64,000 nt of DNA. Origin: Acidimicrobiia bacterium (GTDB lineage: Bacteria; Actinomycetota; Acidimicrobiia; IMCC26256; PALSA-555). The DNA lies in the NCBI GenBank assembly GCA_035468285.1, contig DATISY010000067.1, positions 836 through 64,835 on the forward strand, given 5' to 3'. Below, piece after piece: positions 51,995-60,546 of the stretch. Both the position numbers and the translations under genes were made by a program. Position 1 is the first letter of the stretch. Every line of letters begins with the position of its first letter. The notes below the pieces were generated by a model. It was not told the origin of the DNA and ran no database searches. It worked only from the letters and a program-made list of their open reading frames with translations.

Positions 51995-52342
51995 GTGGTG
52001 CCCATGCGCCCCCTGACGTGGGTCAGCGGCTCGTTCTCCGCCCACCTGCTGGCCGCCCGACTGCACGCGGAAGGAATCGACGTGCAGCTGCGCGGCGCGC
52101 TTCACAGCCCGTACGGGCTGACGATGGGTGAAATGGCCCGCGTCGACGTCTATGTCCCGGCCGACCAGCTCGACGACGCGCGCCTTGTCATGCTCGCCAC
52201 CGAGGTCGATCAGGTCTTGGCGCCTCCTCGGGAGTGGGGCGGCGACGAGGCCGTCAGGGCCCGACACCGCTGGCCGCTGTGGGTGGCGCTGGGGCTTCTC
52301 GTGCTCGTCAGCCTGTCGCCGCTCTTGCGGTTGCTGCGGTAG
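51995..52342 (+). CDS. Hypothetical protein (DUF2007-like N-domain plus C-terminal TM)
   Basis: 115 aa. AHLLAARLHAEGIDVQL...VYVPADQLDDARLVM resembles the small 'putative signal transducing' DUF2007 fold. C-terminal TM WPLWVALGLLVLVSLSPLL. The start could instead be ATG 52004. Confidence 0.45.
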   Translation: MVPMRPLTWVSGSFSAHLLAARLHAEGIDVQLRGALHSPYGLTMGEMARVDVYVPADQLDDARLVMLATEVDQVLAPPREWGGDEAVRARHRWPLWVALGLLVLVSLSPLLRLLR

Positions 52343-52343
52343 C

Positions 52344-53024
52344 TCAGCCGAGGAGCGATTCGAGCTCGGCGCCCTTCACCCGGTGAAACGCCCGTCGGGT
52401 CTTGCGCCGGTCGAGGAGCGCGACCTCGAGCTGCTTCGCGGTCAAGGGGCCCGCGTCGCTCGCGGCGAGGACCTCGGCGCCCAGCCGGACCGCCGCGGCT
52501 TCGTCCAGATCCGCCGAGTACCGCTCCTGCAACGCGGTGCTGATCGCCTCCGCCTGCCCACCGAGGACCGTATAGCCCTCTTTGTCGTTCACGACACCGT
52601 CGTAGAGGATCTGGAACAGCTCGTCGTCGTCGGGCTCGGCACCGACCTGCGCGACGAGGATTTCCACCTCGTAGGGCTTGAGCTCGTGGGTGAACACCTG
52701 GCCGAGTGTCTGCGCGTACGCGTTCGCCAACGATCGGGCGTTCACGTCCTCACGGGCGAACGAGTAGCCCTTCACGTCGGCCTGGCGGACCCCGGCGATG
52801 CGCAACATTTCGAACTCGTTGTACTTCCCGACCCCCGCGAACGCGATGCGGTCGTAGATCTCGCTGATCTTGTACAAGGTCCGGGACGGGTTCTCCGCGA
52901 CCAGCACGACGCCCTCGACGACGCTCATCGCGATCAGGCTGCGACCCCGAGCGATCCCCTTCCGGGCGTAGTCGGCCCGGTCCTTCATCATCTGCTCGGG
53001 CGGCACGTAGAAAGGCATCGTCAT
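52344..53024 (-). CDS. prcA: 20S proteasome alpha subunit
   Basis: 226 aa. MTMPFYVPPEQMMKDRADYARKGIARGRS start, typical of actinobacterial PrcA. 4-nt overlap with prcB. Confidence 0.95.
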   Translation of the reverse strand: MTMPFYVPPEQMMKDRADYARKGIARGRSLIAMSVVEGVVLVAENPSRTLYKISEIYDRIAFAGVGKYNEFEMLRIAGVRQADVKGYSFAREDVNARSLANAYAQTLGQVFTHELKPYEVEILVAQVGAEPDDDELFQILYDGVVNDKEGYTVLGGQAEAISTALQERYSADLDEAAAVRLGAEVLAASDAGPLTAKQLEVALLDRRKTRRAFHRVKGAELESLLG

Positions 53025-53827
53025 AAGCCCGCGCCCTCCTCCCGCCCACCGATGAGCGCGTCGGCTCGTCGCGCGACTTCGTCGTCGTCGACGGCGAGGT
53101 ACCCCGAGGCGTTGATGACCGCGACCGTCGGAAAGATGCGCCGAACCAGGTCGGGACCGCCGGTCGCTGCATCCTCGTCCGCCGCCGCGAAGAGAGCCCG
53201 GAGCGCGAGGTCGACGGTCTCATCCCGAGTCATGTCCAAACGCCACTGCGTCTTGATCCAGTTCCGTGCGTGCACGCCACCCGAACCCTGGGTCTGGAAG
53301 TCGATGTCCTCGTACTTCCCGCCTGTGACGTCGAAGCTGAACACGCGACCCACGCCGCGGCGGTCGTCGAACCCCGCGAAGAGGGGCACGACGACCAGTC
53401 CCTGCATCGCGGCGGGCAGGTTGGCACGGACCAGCTGGCTGAGCTGGTTCGCCTTCCCCTCGAGCGACAAGATCTCACCCTCGATCTTCTCGTAATGCTC
53501 GAGCTGGGTCTGGAAGAGGCGCACGAGATCGACCGCCGGTCCCGCCGCGCCCGCGATGGCCACCCCCGAGCTGTCGTCGGCCGGGAACACCTTCTCGATC
53601 CGCCGGCTCGCGATCATCATCCCCGCCGTGGCCCGGCGGTCCCCCGCCATGACCACCCCATCGACGTAGCGGATCGCGAGCACCGTCGTCCCGTGCGGGA
53701 CGATCTGGTCACTCGACAGCGCCGGCGCTGGGCTCGGGTCAGGGCTCACACGACGCAGCAGTTCACTGAACGACGCTCCCGGGTCAGCGCCAGGCGAGAA
53801 GAACGGTAGTGGCGCCTCCGTCGGCAT
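53021..53827 (-). CDS. prcB: 20S proteasome beta subunit (with propeptide)
   Basis: 268 aa. Propeptide followed by the processing site HG/TTVLAIRYVDGVVMAGDRRAT (Thr-1 nucleophile). Confidence 0.95.
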   Translation of the reverse strand: MPTEAPLPFFSPGADPGASFSELLRRVSPDPSPAPALSSDQIVPHGTTVLAIRYVDGVVMAGDRRATAGMMIASRRIEKVFPADDSSGVAIAGAAGPAVDLVRLFQTQLEHYEKIEGEILSLEGKANQLSQLVRANLPAAMQGLVVVPLFAGFDDRRGVGRVFSFDVTGGKYEDIDFQTQGSGGVHARNWIKTQWRLDMTRDETVDLALRALFAAADEDAATGGPDLVRRIFPTVAVINASGYLAVDDDEVARRADALIGGREEGAGL

Positions 53828-54009
53828 CGATTTCGCAGCCTACACGGGGCCCTGTCGCCCACTCGCGTTGACGCACAACATCGGCGACGCAAAATGGCAC
53901 GATCGCGCCGCAACGAGGCTCGACGGTCGGTACCAGCAGCCCCCGGGATGTGCGCGCGGACAGCATGCGGGGGCTTGACCGCCCGCCGAGGTGCGTGCAG
54001 CGTGGCGGC

Positions 54010-54549
54010 ATGGCCAGCTCGGACACAGACGCCACCCGCTCGCGTCGCGAGGCTCCACCAGAGCTGCGCGTCGCGAGACCTGATGAGTCGACACCCGCCG
54101 ACGAGATGACCATGCTCCGAGCGTGGCTCAGCCACCTTCGCGAGAGCGCCATCTTCAAGCTCGAAGACCTTGATGACGAGCAGCTGCGCTGGACCCCAAC
54201 CCCAACCGCCAACGCCCTCGGCACGATCGTCGTGCACCTCGGCTACGCGGAACGCCTCTGGGTCCGGGCCGTCTTCGCCGGGGAACAGATGGACATGGGA
54301 TGGCGTGCCCACATGTTCGATCTTCCGTCCGGCTGGTCGGTCGACGAGGTCGTCGCCTTCTACCGAAACGAGACCGCGGCGGCTGACGCCGTGCTCCACG
54401 CGGCGCGATCACTCGACGCGCCATCGGCCGGAAAGATCCGTCCCACGACACTCCGCTGGGTAGTGATCCACCTCATCGAGGAGACCGCCCGGCACGTAGG
54501 CCATATGGACATCACCCGAGAGCTCCTCGACGGTCGCACCGGTCGCTGA
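54010..54549 (+). CDS. DinB family (DUF664/mycothiol-transferase-like) protein
   Basis: 179 aa from ATG 54010. LRWTPTPTANALGTIVVHLGYAER...VVIHLIEETARHVGHMDITREL carries the DinB-fold His triad pattern. Confidence 0.8.
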   Translation: MASSDTDATRSRREAPPELRVARPDESTPADEMTMLRAWLSHLRESAIFKLEDLDDEQLRWTPTPTANALGTIVVHLGYAERLWVRAVFAGEQMDMGWRAHMFDLPSGWSVDEVVAFYRNETAAADAVLHAARSLDAPSAGKIRPTTLRWVVIHLIEETARHVGHMDITRELLDGRTGR

Positions 54550-54597
54550 CCGACACACCGCTTGCCCTGCACCTTCAGGCTGCCTGGGTAGCGCTCG

Positions 54598-55245
54598 TCA
54601 CGCGGGAGGATCGTCGAGGCCAATCGCCCGGGGAGCTCCGCGGCTGGCGACGCTAGGATCGTTGCCATTTCCTACGAGTTCGTACACCAGCCCGACCATG
54701 AGCTCACGTTCGGCTGCGTCCATCTCGAGCGCGTCGCCACCTCTCGCGAGATAGACGATGGCGTCGGCGAAACGGAAGATGTCCTCGCGGAACTGCCCCA
54801 TTCCGGCGTTGCAGCGGAAGCACAGAAGGCCGCGCACGACGCCCGTCTTGTGGTTGTGGTCCACATGCAACGACCTCCCTTTCGACGGGAGTCGTTTGCA
54901 CAGCGCGCAGCGGCCTTCCTGGTGGGCCAGCATCACCTCGTAGTCCTCAGCGCTGAGACCGAACACGCGCCGCAAGCGGGCGTCACGGTCGATCGGAGCG
55001 CGGCGCGGGCGGGCTGCCTCGCGAATGGCCTTGACCCGTTCCGGGTTCGCCCGCTGCCACGCGTGTACCCGACCGATGACGTGCTCGCGATTCTGCGAGT
55101 ACCACTGCTTGGCGCGTGTTGCGAAGCAGGACTTGCAGTCGCTGCGATAGCCGTCTCGCCCGGTCTTTCCCGATAGAAGGCGCTCAGTGGCTTGAGCTCT
55201 CCACACTTGGTGCAGCGCTTCACTCTGGGACTGTACGAACCCCAT
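54598..55245 (-). CDS. Recombination endonuclease VII family (HNH-like) nuclease; N-terminal zinc-ribbon half is in another frame (apparent frameshift)
   Basis: 215-aa ORF with the catalytic block LHVDHNHKTGVVRGLLCFRCNAGMG. The expected N-terminal KRCTKCGELKPLSAFYR lies in the overlapping frame (ORF 54933-55310). The frames join at the GGG run at 55169-55171. Confidence 0.8.
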   Translation of the reverse strand: MGFVQSQSEALHQVWRAQATERLLSGKTGRDGYRSDCKSCFATRAKQWYSQNREHVIGRVHAWQRANPERVKAIREAARPRRAPIDRDARLRRVFGLSAEDYEVMLAHQEGRCALCKRLPSKGRSLHVDHNHKTGVVRGLLCFRCNAGMGQFREDIFRFADAIVYLARGGDALEMDAAERELMVGLVYELVGNGNDPSVASRGAPRAIGLDDPPA

Positions 55246-55287
55246 GTGACACTGAGCAGTGGCGTCCGCAGGAAACGGACAAAAGGC

Positions 55288-55482
55288 CTATTCCCCACCT
55301 TTCTGGACATACGATTTTACGAAATCCTCAGCATTTTCCTCCAGGACTTCGTCGATTTCGTCCAGAAGGTCGTCGAGTTCGCCCTTGAGCTTCTCGCCGC
55401 GTTCGGTGGATGCGGGGAGCTCTTCGGTCTCTTCGACTCGTTCTTTGGGCGCCGGGCGTTGCCGGCGCTGCTGTTCGGCCAT
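55288..55482 (-). CDS. pup: Prokaryotic ubiquitin-like protein Pup (C-terminal GGE)
   Basis: 64 aa from ATG 55482 with a GGAGGG RBS: MAEQQRRQRPAPKERVEETEELPASTERGEKLKGELDDLLDEIDEVLEENAEDFVKSYVQKGGE. It is the last 64 codons of an otherwise spurious 567-aa track ORF. Confidence 0.95.
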   Translation of the reverse strand: MAEQQRRQRPAPKERVEETEELPASTERGEKLKGELDDLLDEIDEVLEENAEDFVKSYVQKGGE

Positions 55483-55505
55483 GGGTCTGCCCTCCGGTCG
55501 CCAGG

Positions 55506-57008
55506 TTAGGACGTTAGGCGGGCGACGAGCTCTGCGGGGGTGTTCACGGTGTCGAACAACGGTCCGACGTGGGCTCTCGTTCCCCGGAGGGGCTCCATCA
55601 TGGGGATCCGTTTGAGCGGGTCGCCGCCGATGTCGAGGATGAGGCTGTCCCAGTTGGCGGCGACGACGGACTCGGGCCAGCGGGCGAGGCACGTCCCGCG
55701 GAAGTAGGCGCGGGTCGAGCCGGGCGGTTCGGTGATGGCGTTGCGGACGTCGGCTTCGTCGACGAGCCGTTCGACTTTCCCGGCACGGACGAGGCGTTCG
55801 TAGAGGGACCGTTCGGGTCGCACGTCGTGGTACTGGAGGTCGAGGAGCGAGAGCTTCGGGTCGTCCCACGACAGGGCGTCGCGTTCGAGGTAGGCCTCGA
55901 GGAGGCCGAGCTTGGTGACCCAGTCGAGCTGCCCGTCGAGGGACCGGGGGTCGCGCTCGAGGGCGCTGAGCACGGATTCCCAGCGGCTGAGGACCTCGTC
56001 GCCGACGGATTCGCCGCAGGCGGCGAGGCCGGTTTCGTCGGCGTACTTCTGGGCGAGGCGGAGAAACTCCCACTGGAGCTCGACCGCGGTCATGCGGGAG
56101 CCGTCGGCGAGCTCGATCGTGGCCCGACAGGTCGGGTCGTGTGAGACGGTCCGCATGGCGGCTACGGGTCCGGCGAGGGACCATTCCTTGCGGGTGCCGC
56201 TGGCGGCGTCGATGAAGTCGTCCTCGATCATGGCGAGGATGACGGCGGTGGCGCCGACCTTGAGGAAGGTGGCGACCTCGCAGAGGTTGGCATCGCCGGC
56301 GATGACGTGGAGGCGCCGGTAGAGCTGGGGGTCGGCGTGGGGCTCGTCGCGGGTGTTGACGATCGGGCGTTTTAGAGTCGTCTCGAGGCCGACTTCCTCC
56401 TCGAAGAAGTCGGCCCGTTGGCTGATCTGGTACGGGACGGGCGCTGCTCCGTTCTCGGAGCCGACCTTGCCGGCGCCGGTGAAGACCTGGCGGGTCGCGA
56501 ACCACGGGAGCAGATGCCGGACGAGGGTGGCGAAGGGCACGGCCCGGTCGACGAGGTAGTTCTCGTGACAGCCGTAGGAGTTGCCCTTGCCGTCGGAGTT
56601 GTTCTTGTAGACCACGATCGACTGTCCGGGCTCGAGCACCCGCGACGCAGCCTGCATGGAGCGGGCGAGGACGCGCTCGCCTGCCTTGTCGGCGAGGACG
56701 AGCTCGAGTGCGTCGGCGCACTCGGGGGTGGAGTACTCGGGGTGGGCGTGGTCGACGTAGTAACGCGCGCCGTTGGTGAGGACGGTGTTGACGAGGTGGG
56801 TCTCGATCTCGGGGGCTTGGGTGCCCTCGCGGGCGTACCCGCGGGCGTCTCGGCCCGGGGATTCGTCGTCGAAGTCCCACCCGACCTTGCGCTGCTCGAC
56901 GTAGCTGTTGATGAGGACCGAGGAGGCGAGGACGGGGTTGGGGTCGGGGGCGCCTCGCAGCACCACCCCGTATTCGGTCTCGGTCCCGCACACTTTCGGG
57001 ACGGCCAC
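55506..57008 (-). CDS. dop: Depupylase/deamidase Dop
   Basis: 500 aa. GTETEYGV start, [29 protein letters not shown], plus the extra Dop-type loop relative to PafA. Located immediately upstream of pup. Confidence 0.95.
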   Translation of the reverse strand: MAVPKVCGTETEYGVVLRGAPDPNPVLASSVLINSYVEQRKVGWDFDDESPGRDARGYAREGTQAPEIETHLVNTVLTNGARYYVDHAHPEYSTPECADALELVLADKAGERVLARSMQAASRVLEPGQSIVVYKNNSDGKGNSYGCHENYLVDRAVPFATLVRHLLPWFATRQVFTGAGKVGSENGAAPVPYQISQRADFFEEEVGLETTLKRPIVNTRDEPHADPQLYRRLHVIAGDANLCEVATFLKVGATAVILAMIEDDFIDAASGTRKEWSLAGPVAAMRTVSHDPTCRATIELADGSRMTAVELQWEFLRLAQKYADETGLAACGESVGDEVLSRWESVLSALERDPRSLDGQLDWVTKLGLLEAYLERDALSWDDPKLSLLDLQYHDVRPERSLYERLVRAGKVERLVDEADVRNAITEPPGSTRAYFRGTCLARWPESVVAANWDSLILDIGGDPLKRIPMMEPLRGTRAHVGPLFDTVNTPAELVARLTS

Positions 57009-57063
57009 AGAGCCAGCCTACTGGCGGGTGTTCCCTACCCTGACCCCGCGCCGGGGGCGTCCG

Positions 57064-58818
57064 TCAGAGGTACTGGCCGGTGGTGACGCGCTCGATCTGT
57101 CGTCCACCGGTGGACGCGTCACCCTCGGAGAGAAGGGTGCGGACGAAGACGATGCGTTCGCCCTTCTTCCCGGAGATCTTGGCCCAGTCGTCGGGGTTGG
57201 TCGTGTTCGGGAGGTCTTCGTGCTCGCGGAACTCTTGCTTGATCGACGCGATGAGGTCGTCGGTGCAGATCCCGCGTACGCCACCGTCGATCTGACGTTT
57301 GATGGAGAGCTTCTTGGCGCGTCGGACGATGTTCTCGATCATGGCGCCCGAGGCGAAGTCCTTGAAGAACAGGATCTCTTTGTCGCCGTTCTGGTAGGTG
57401 ACTTCGAGGAAGCGGTTGTCGTCGTCGTTGGCGTACATGTGGTCGACGGCGGCGGCGATCATCTCGGGCACGGCGGCGGCGGCGGTGCCGTGGGTCTGTG
57501 CTTCGCTCTCCGCGATGGGGATCGCGGCGGTGAGGTACCGGGTGAAGATCTGGCGGGCGCTGGTCTCGTCGGGGCGTTCGATCTTGATCTTCACGTCGAG
57601 GCGGCCGGGGCGCAGGATGGCGGGGTCGATGAGGTCCTCGCGGTTGGAGGCGCCGATGACGATGACGTTCTTGAGGCTCTCGACACCGTCGATCTCCGCG
57701 AGGAGCTGCGGGACGATGGTGCTCTCGATGTCGGAGGAGATCCCGGTCCCGCGCGTCCGGAACAGGGAGTCCATCTCGTCGAAGAACACGATGACGGGAA
57801 CACCCTCTTCGGATTTCTCCCGGGCGCGTTGGAAGATCAGGCGGATCTGGCGTTCGGTCTCGCCGACGTACTTGTTGAGGAGCTCGGGGCCTTTGATGTT
57901 GAGGAAGTAGGAGCGGGTGCCGGAGTTGCCGGTCTTCTCCGCGACGCGTTTGGCGAGCGAGTTCGCGACTGCTTTCGCGATGAGGGTCTTGCCGCAGCCC
58001 GGCGGGCCGTAGAGCAGGATCCCCTTGGGGGGTTGGAGCTGGTGCTCGAAGAACAGGTCGGCGTAGAGGTAGGGCAGCTCGACGGCGTCGCGGATCTGCT
58101 CGATCTGGTCGTCGAGGCCACCGACGTCGTCGTAGCTGACGTCGGGGACTTCCTCGAGGACGAGCTCTTCGACTTCGGGGCGCGGGAGCCGCTCGACGAC
58201 GAGGCCGGACCGGGTGTCGAACAGGAGGTGGTCGCCGGCGCGGATCTTCTCGCCGACGAGGATGCCGGCGAGCTCGCACACGCGTTCCTCGTCGGCGCGG
58301 CCCACGACGAGGACGCGTCGCTTGTCTTCGAGGACCTCCTTGAGGACGACGACCTCGCCGGCGACTTCGAGGCCGCGGGCCAGGACCACGTTCAGGGACT
58401 CGTTGAGGGCGACCTCTTGGCCCCGTTCGAGGGATTCGACGTCGACCTCGGGGTGGACCGAGACGCGCATCTTGCGGCCGGCGGTGAAGATGTCGACGGT
58501 GGCGTCGTCGTTGGCGCCGAGGAACGTCCCGTATGCGGAGGGGGGCATGGTGAGCTTCTCGACCTCTTCGCGGAGGGCGGCGATGTGCTCGCGGGCCTCG
58601 CGGAGTGTCGCGGAGAGGCGTTCGTTCTGGGAGACGGCCTGGGCCAGCTGGCCCTTGGTCTCGAGGAGACGTTCCTCGAGGGTGCGGACCCGCTTGGGGG
58701 CGTCTTGGAGCCGGCGTCGGAGGACGACGACCTCTTCCTCCAGCGCCTTGACCTGTGACTGGAGCTCTCCGACTTGGCGCTCGTACTCAGCGAGGCGCCG
58801 CTCGTGCTCCGGGGCCAC
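57064..58818 (-). CDS. mpa: Proteasome-associated AAA+ ATPase Mpa/ARC
   Basis: 584 aa. N-terminal coiled coil, OB region, Walker A GPPGCGKT, Walker [11 protein letters not shown], and C-terminal ...TTGQYL proteasome-docking motif. Confidence 0.95.
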   Translation of the reverse strand: MAPEHERRLAEYERQVGELQSQVKALEEEVVVLRRRLQDAPKRVRTLEERLLETKGQLAQAVSQNERLSATLREAREHIAALREEVEKLTMPPSAYGTFLGANDDATVDIFTAGRKMRVSVHPEVDVESLERGQEVALNESLNVVLARGLEVAGEVVVLKEVLEDKRRVLVVGRADEERVCELAGILVGEKIRAGDHLLFDTRSGLVVERLPRPEVEELVLEEVPDVSYDDVGGLDDQIEQIRDAVELPYLYADLFFEHQLQPPKGILLYGPPGCGKTLIAKAVANSLAKRVAEKTGNSGTRSYFLNIKGPELLNKYVGETERQIRLIFQRAREKSEEGVPVIVFFDEMDSLFRTRGTGISSDIESTIVPQLLAEIDGVESLKNVIVIGASNREDLIDPAILRPGRLDVKIKIERPDETSARQIFTRYLTAAIPIAESEAQTHGTAAAAVPEMIAAAVDHMYANDDDNRFLEVTYQNGDKEILFFKDFASGAMIENIVRRAKKLSIKRQIDGGVRGICTDDLIASIKQEFREHEDLPNTTNPDDWAKISGKKGERIVFVRTLLSEGDASTGGRQIERVTTGQYL

Positions 58819-59015
58819 GTGCCACCTCCTCCCGGGTGCTCAGCAAAACCGGGCTGCGCGCGGACACTACACGGATGATTTCAGCGCACCGGGGCATAGT
58901 GGGGCCACCAAATTTTCCTTGCCTCGGCTTGAGAAATAGAGGGGGGTCCGGTAGCGTTGTCAGTCCGCGGACCGCAATTGTGGCGGTCCTGCGAGCGGAT
59001 CGAGGAGTTGACGAC

Positions 59016-59252
59016 ATGAAGGTCTGGATCGATCAGGACCTCTGCACGGGGGACGGTCTCTGCGAGGAGATCGCGCCTGACGTGTTCACGTTGCTCGACG
59101 ACGGCCTCGCGTACGTGAAGGAAGGCCCGAAGGTGTTCAGCGAGCCGGGGGGCGCCGAGGGTCTGGCCGCGGTTCCCGGTGGCCAGGAAGAGGCGGTCAT
59201 CGAAGCCGCCGAGGAATGCCCTGGCGAGTGCATCTTCATCGAGGTCGACTGA
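59016..59252 (+). CDS. Single-cluster ferredoxin
   Basis: 78 aa from ATG 59016 with a GAGGAG RBS. CTGDGLC...ECPGEC cysteine pattern, typical of small actinobacterial 3Fe-4S/4Fe-4S ferredoxins. Confidence 0.85.
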   Translation: MKVWIDQDLCTGDGLCEEIAPDVFTLLDDGLAYVKEGPKVFSEPGGAEGLAAVPGGQEEAVIEAAEECPGECIFIEVD

Positions 59253-59370
59253 CCCGTCGCTCCCCTGGTCTGGGTCGTTCCGGCCGGGAGAGGGTCTGAG
59301 CATCGAGGCGGCCAGTCCGGTGGTTTCGGCGCGCCCGGCTCGAGCTGAATGGTCGCGGTGTCGCCTCGGG

Positions 59371-60546
59371 CTAGCCGTTGACGCAGTCGGCGGTGTTGAC
59401 GGGCTGTGTCCCGCCGCCGGCCTCGACCGGGTGGAGGACGGCGTCGACCTCGTCGGTGGCGAGGGCGTACGCGGTCGAGGAGGCGCCGGGGTCGACGGCG
59501 AACGCGACGCCGGCGACCCGGCCGCTGGTGTCGACGAGCGGTCCTCCGGAGTTGCCGGGGAAGAGCTTGGCGGCGAGGACGAGGACGTCCCGTTGGGTTG
59601 GCGCGGACCGGTAGATGTCGGTGCCCTGGGCGACGATGCGCTGCGCGACGCGCGCGGGGGCCTGCGATTCGGGGCCGCCTCCGGGGTAGCCGAAGACCCC
59701 GCCGGTCTCATCGATCTGGGCGTCGACGATGGGGAGCGGGGCGCCGGTGAGGCCTCGGACTCGGAGGACGGCGAGGTCGCGGGTCGGGTCGAACGCGACG
59801 ACGACCGCGTCGAGGCGCCCTTGGGTCGGGCTGGTGACGGTGGTGGTCCGTTCGCCGGCGACGACGTGGGCGTTGGTGACGACGAGCTCGTTGGCGGCGA
59901 CGAACCCGCTCCCCTGCTGGATGGTGTCGCAGGCTTGCCCTTCGACTTTCACGACGGAGAGCGAGATCCGGTTGCTGACCGCGAGGGGGACGCCTTGCCC
60001 GGGGGGTGATCCGACGTCGGACGAGGTGAGTTGGCGGAACACCTCGGGGAAGGGTGCGTCGCCGACGAGGCGCCCGAGGGTGGAGAGCGACGAGGGTGGG
60101 TTCGGCGCGAGCCGGTCGATCTGGCGGACGATCGCCGAGCCGCGCACGGCGCGGGCGGTCCAGCCGGGGGCGTTCGCGAGGCCGGGGATGAGGAGCCAGA
60201 CGACGACGAGGACGCCGAGGACGCCGGTGACGCCGCCGGCGACGCGGTCGGCGATGCGGATCCCGCCGGTCGCGGGGAGGTGGCGGCGGGCCACGCTGCC
60301 GATCGCGATTCCGAGGCTCTGGCCGATGACCGCGACCAGGAGGAGGAACGCGAGCGACGCGAGGAGCCGGGTGCGGGGCGTCGAGCCTTGCAGGGCGCGG
60401 GCGATGTCGTCGACGAACTCGACACCGATGACGAGCCCGGCGGCGAGTCCGGCCCACGAGAGCGCGCGGGCGGCGAGACCGAAGCGGTAGCCGGTGTATC
60501 CCGCGAGCCCGATCGCGAGGATCAGCAGGAGGTCGAGGACATTCAC
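59371..60546 (-). CDS. marP: MarP-like membrane serine protease (CvpA-type TM domain plus trypsin-like domain)
   Basis: 391 aa from GTG 60546 (GTGA overlap with the trmI stop). Four TMs, then a chymotrypsin fold with TNAHVV (His), RDLAVL (Asp) and GNSGGPL (Ser). Confidence 0.85.
   Translation of the reverse strand: MNVLDLLLILAIGLAGYTGYRFGLAARALSWAGLAAGLVIGVEFVDDIARALQGSTPRTRLLASLAFLLLVAVIGQSLGIAIGSVARRHLPATGGIRIADRVAGGVTGVLGVLVVVWLLIPGLANAPGWTARAVRGSAIVRQIDRLAPNPPSSLSTLGRLVGDAPFPEVFRQLTSSDVGSPPGQGVPLAVSNRISLSVVKVEGQACDTIQQGSGFVAANELVVTNAHVVAGERTTTVTSPTQGRLDAVVVAFDPTRDLAVLRVRGLTGAPLPIVDAQIDETGGVFGYPGGGPESQAPARVAQRIVAQGTDIYRSAPTQRDVLVLAAKLFPGNSGGPLVDTSGRVAGVAFAVDPGASSTAYALATDEVDAVLHPVEAGGGTQPVNTADCVNG

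Noticed and set aside
53828-55287. A bona fide mobile element or genomic island at the pup-prcB junction
   Set aside because: No integrase, transposase, tRNA target or flanking repeats could be seen by eye. I reported it only as an insertion-like interruption, not as a mobile_element feature.
55483-56991. Upstream 503 codons of the 567-aa - strand ORF that ends in Pup
   Set aside because: Only the last 64 codons (from ATG 55482, with its own RBS) encode Pup. The remainder is an Arg/Pro-rich alternative frame of dop.
56908-58758. 616-aa + strand ORF antisense to mpa; also 42835-44421 (+) antisense to helY and 49983-51911 (+) antisense to pafA
   Set aside because: These are mirror-frame artefacts opposite genes with strong Walker, DEVH or PafA motifs.
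58957-58986. PafBC-dependent RecA-NDp-type promoter (TGTCRGTG-N8-TAnnnT) upstream of the ferredoxin gene, suggested by TTGTCAGT
   Set aside because: The hexamer at the required spacing is GCAATT (or CAATTG), not TAnnnT. A similar partial match at 9493-9520 (TGTCGGTG-N8-GGGATC) also lacks the -10 element.
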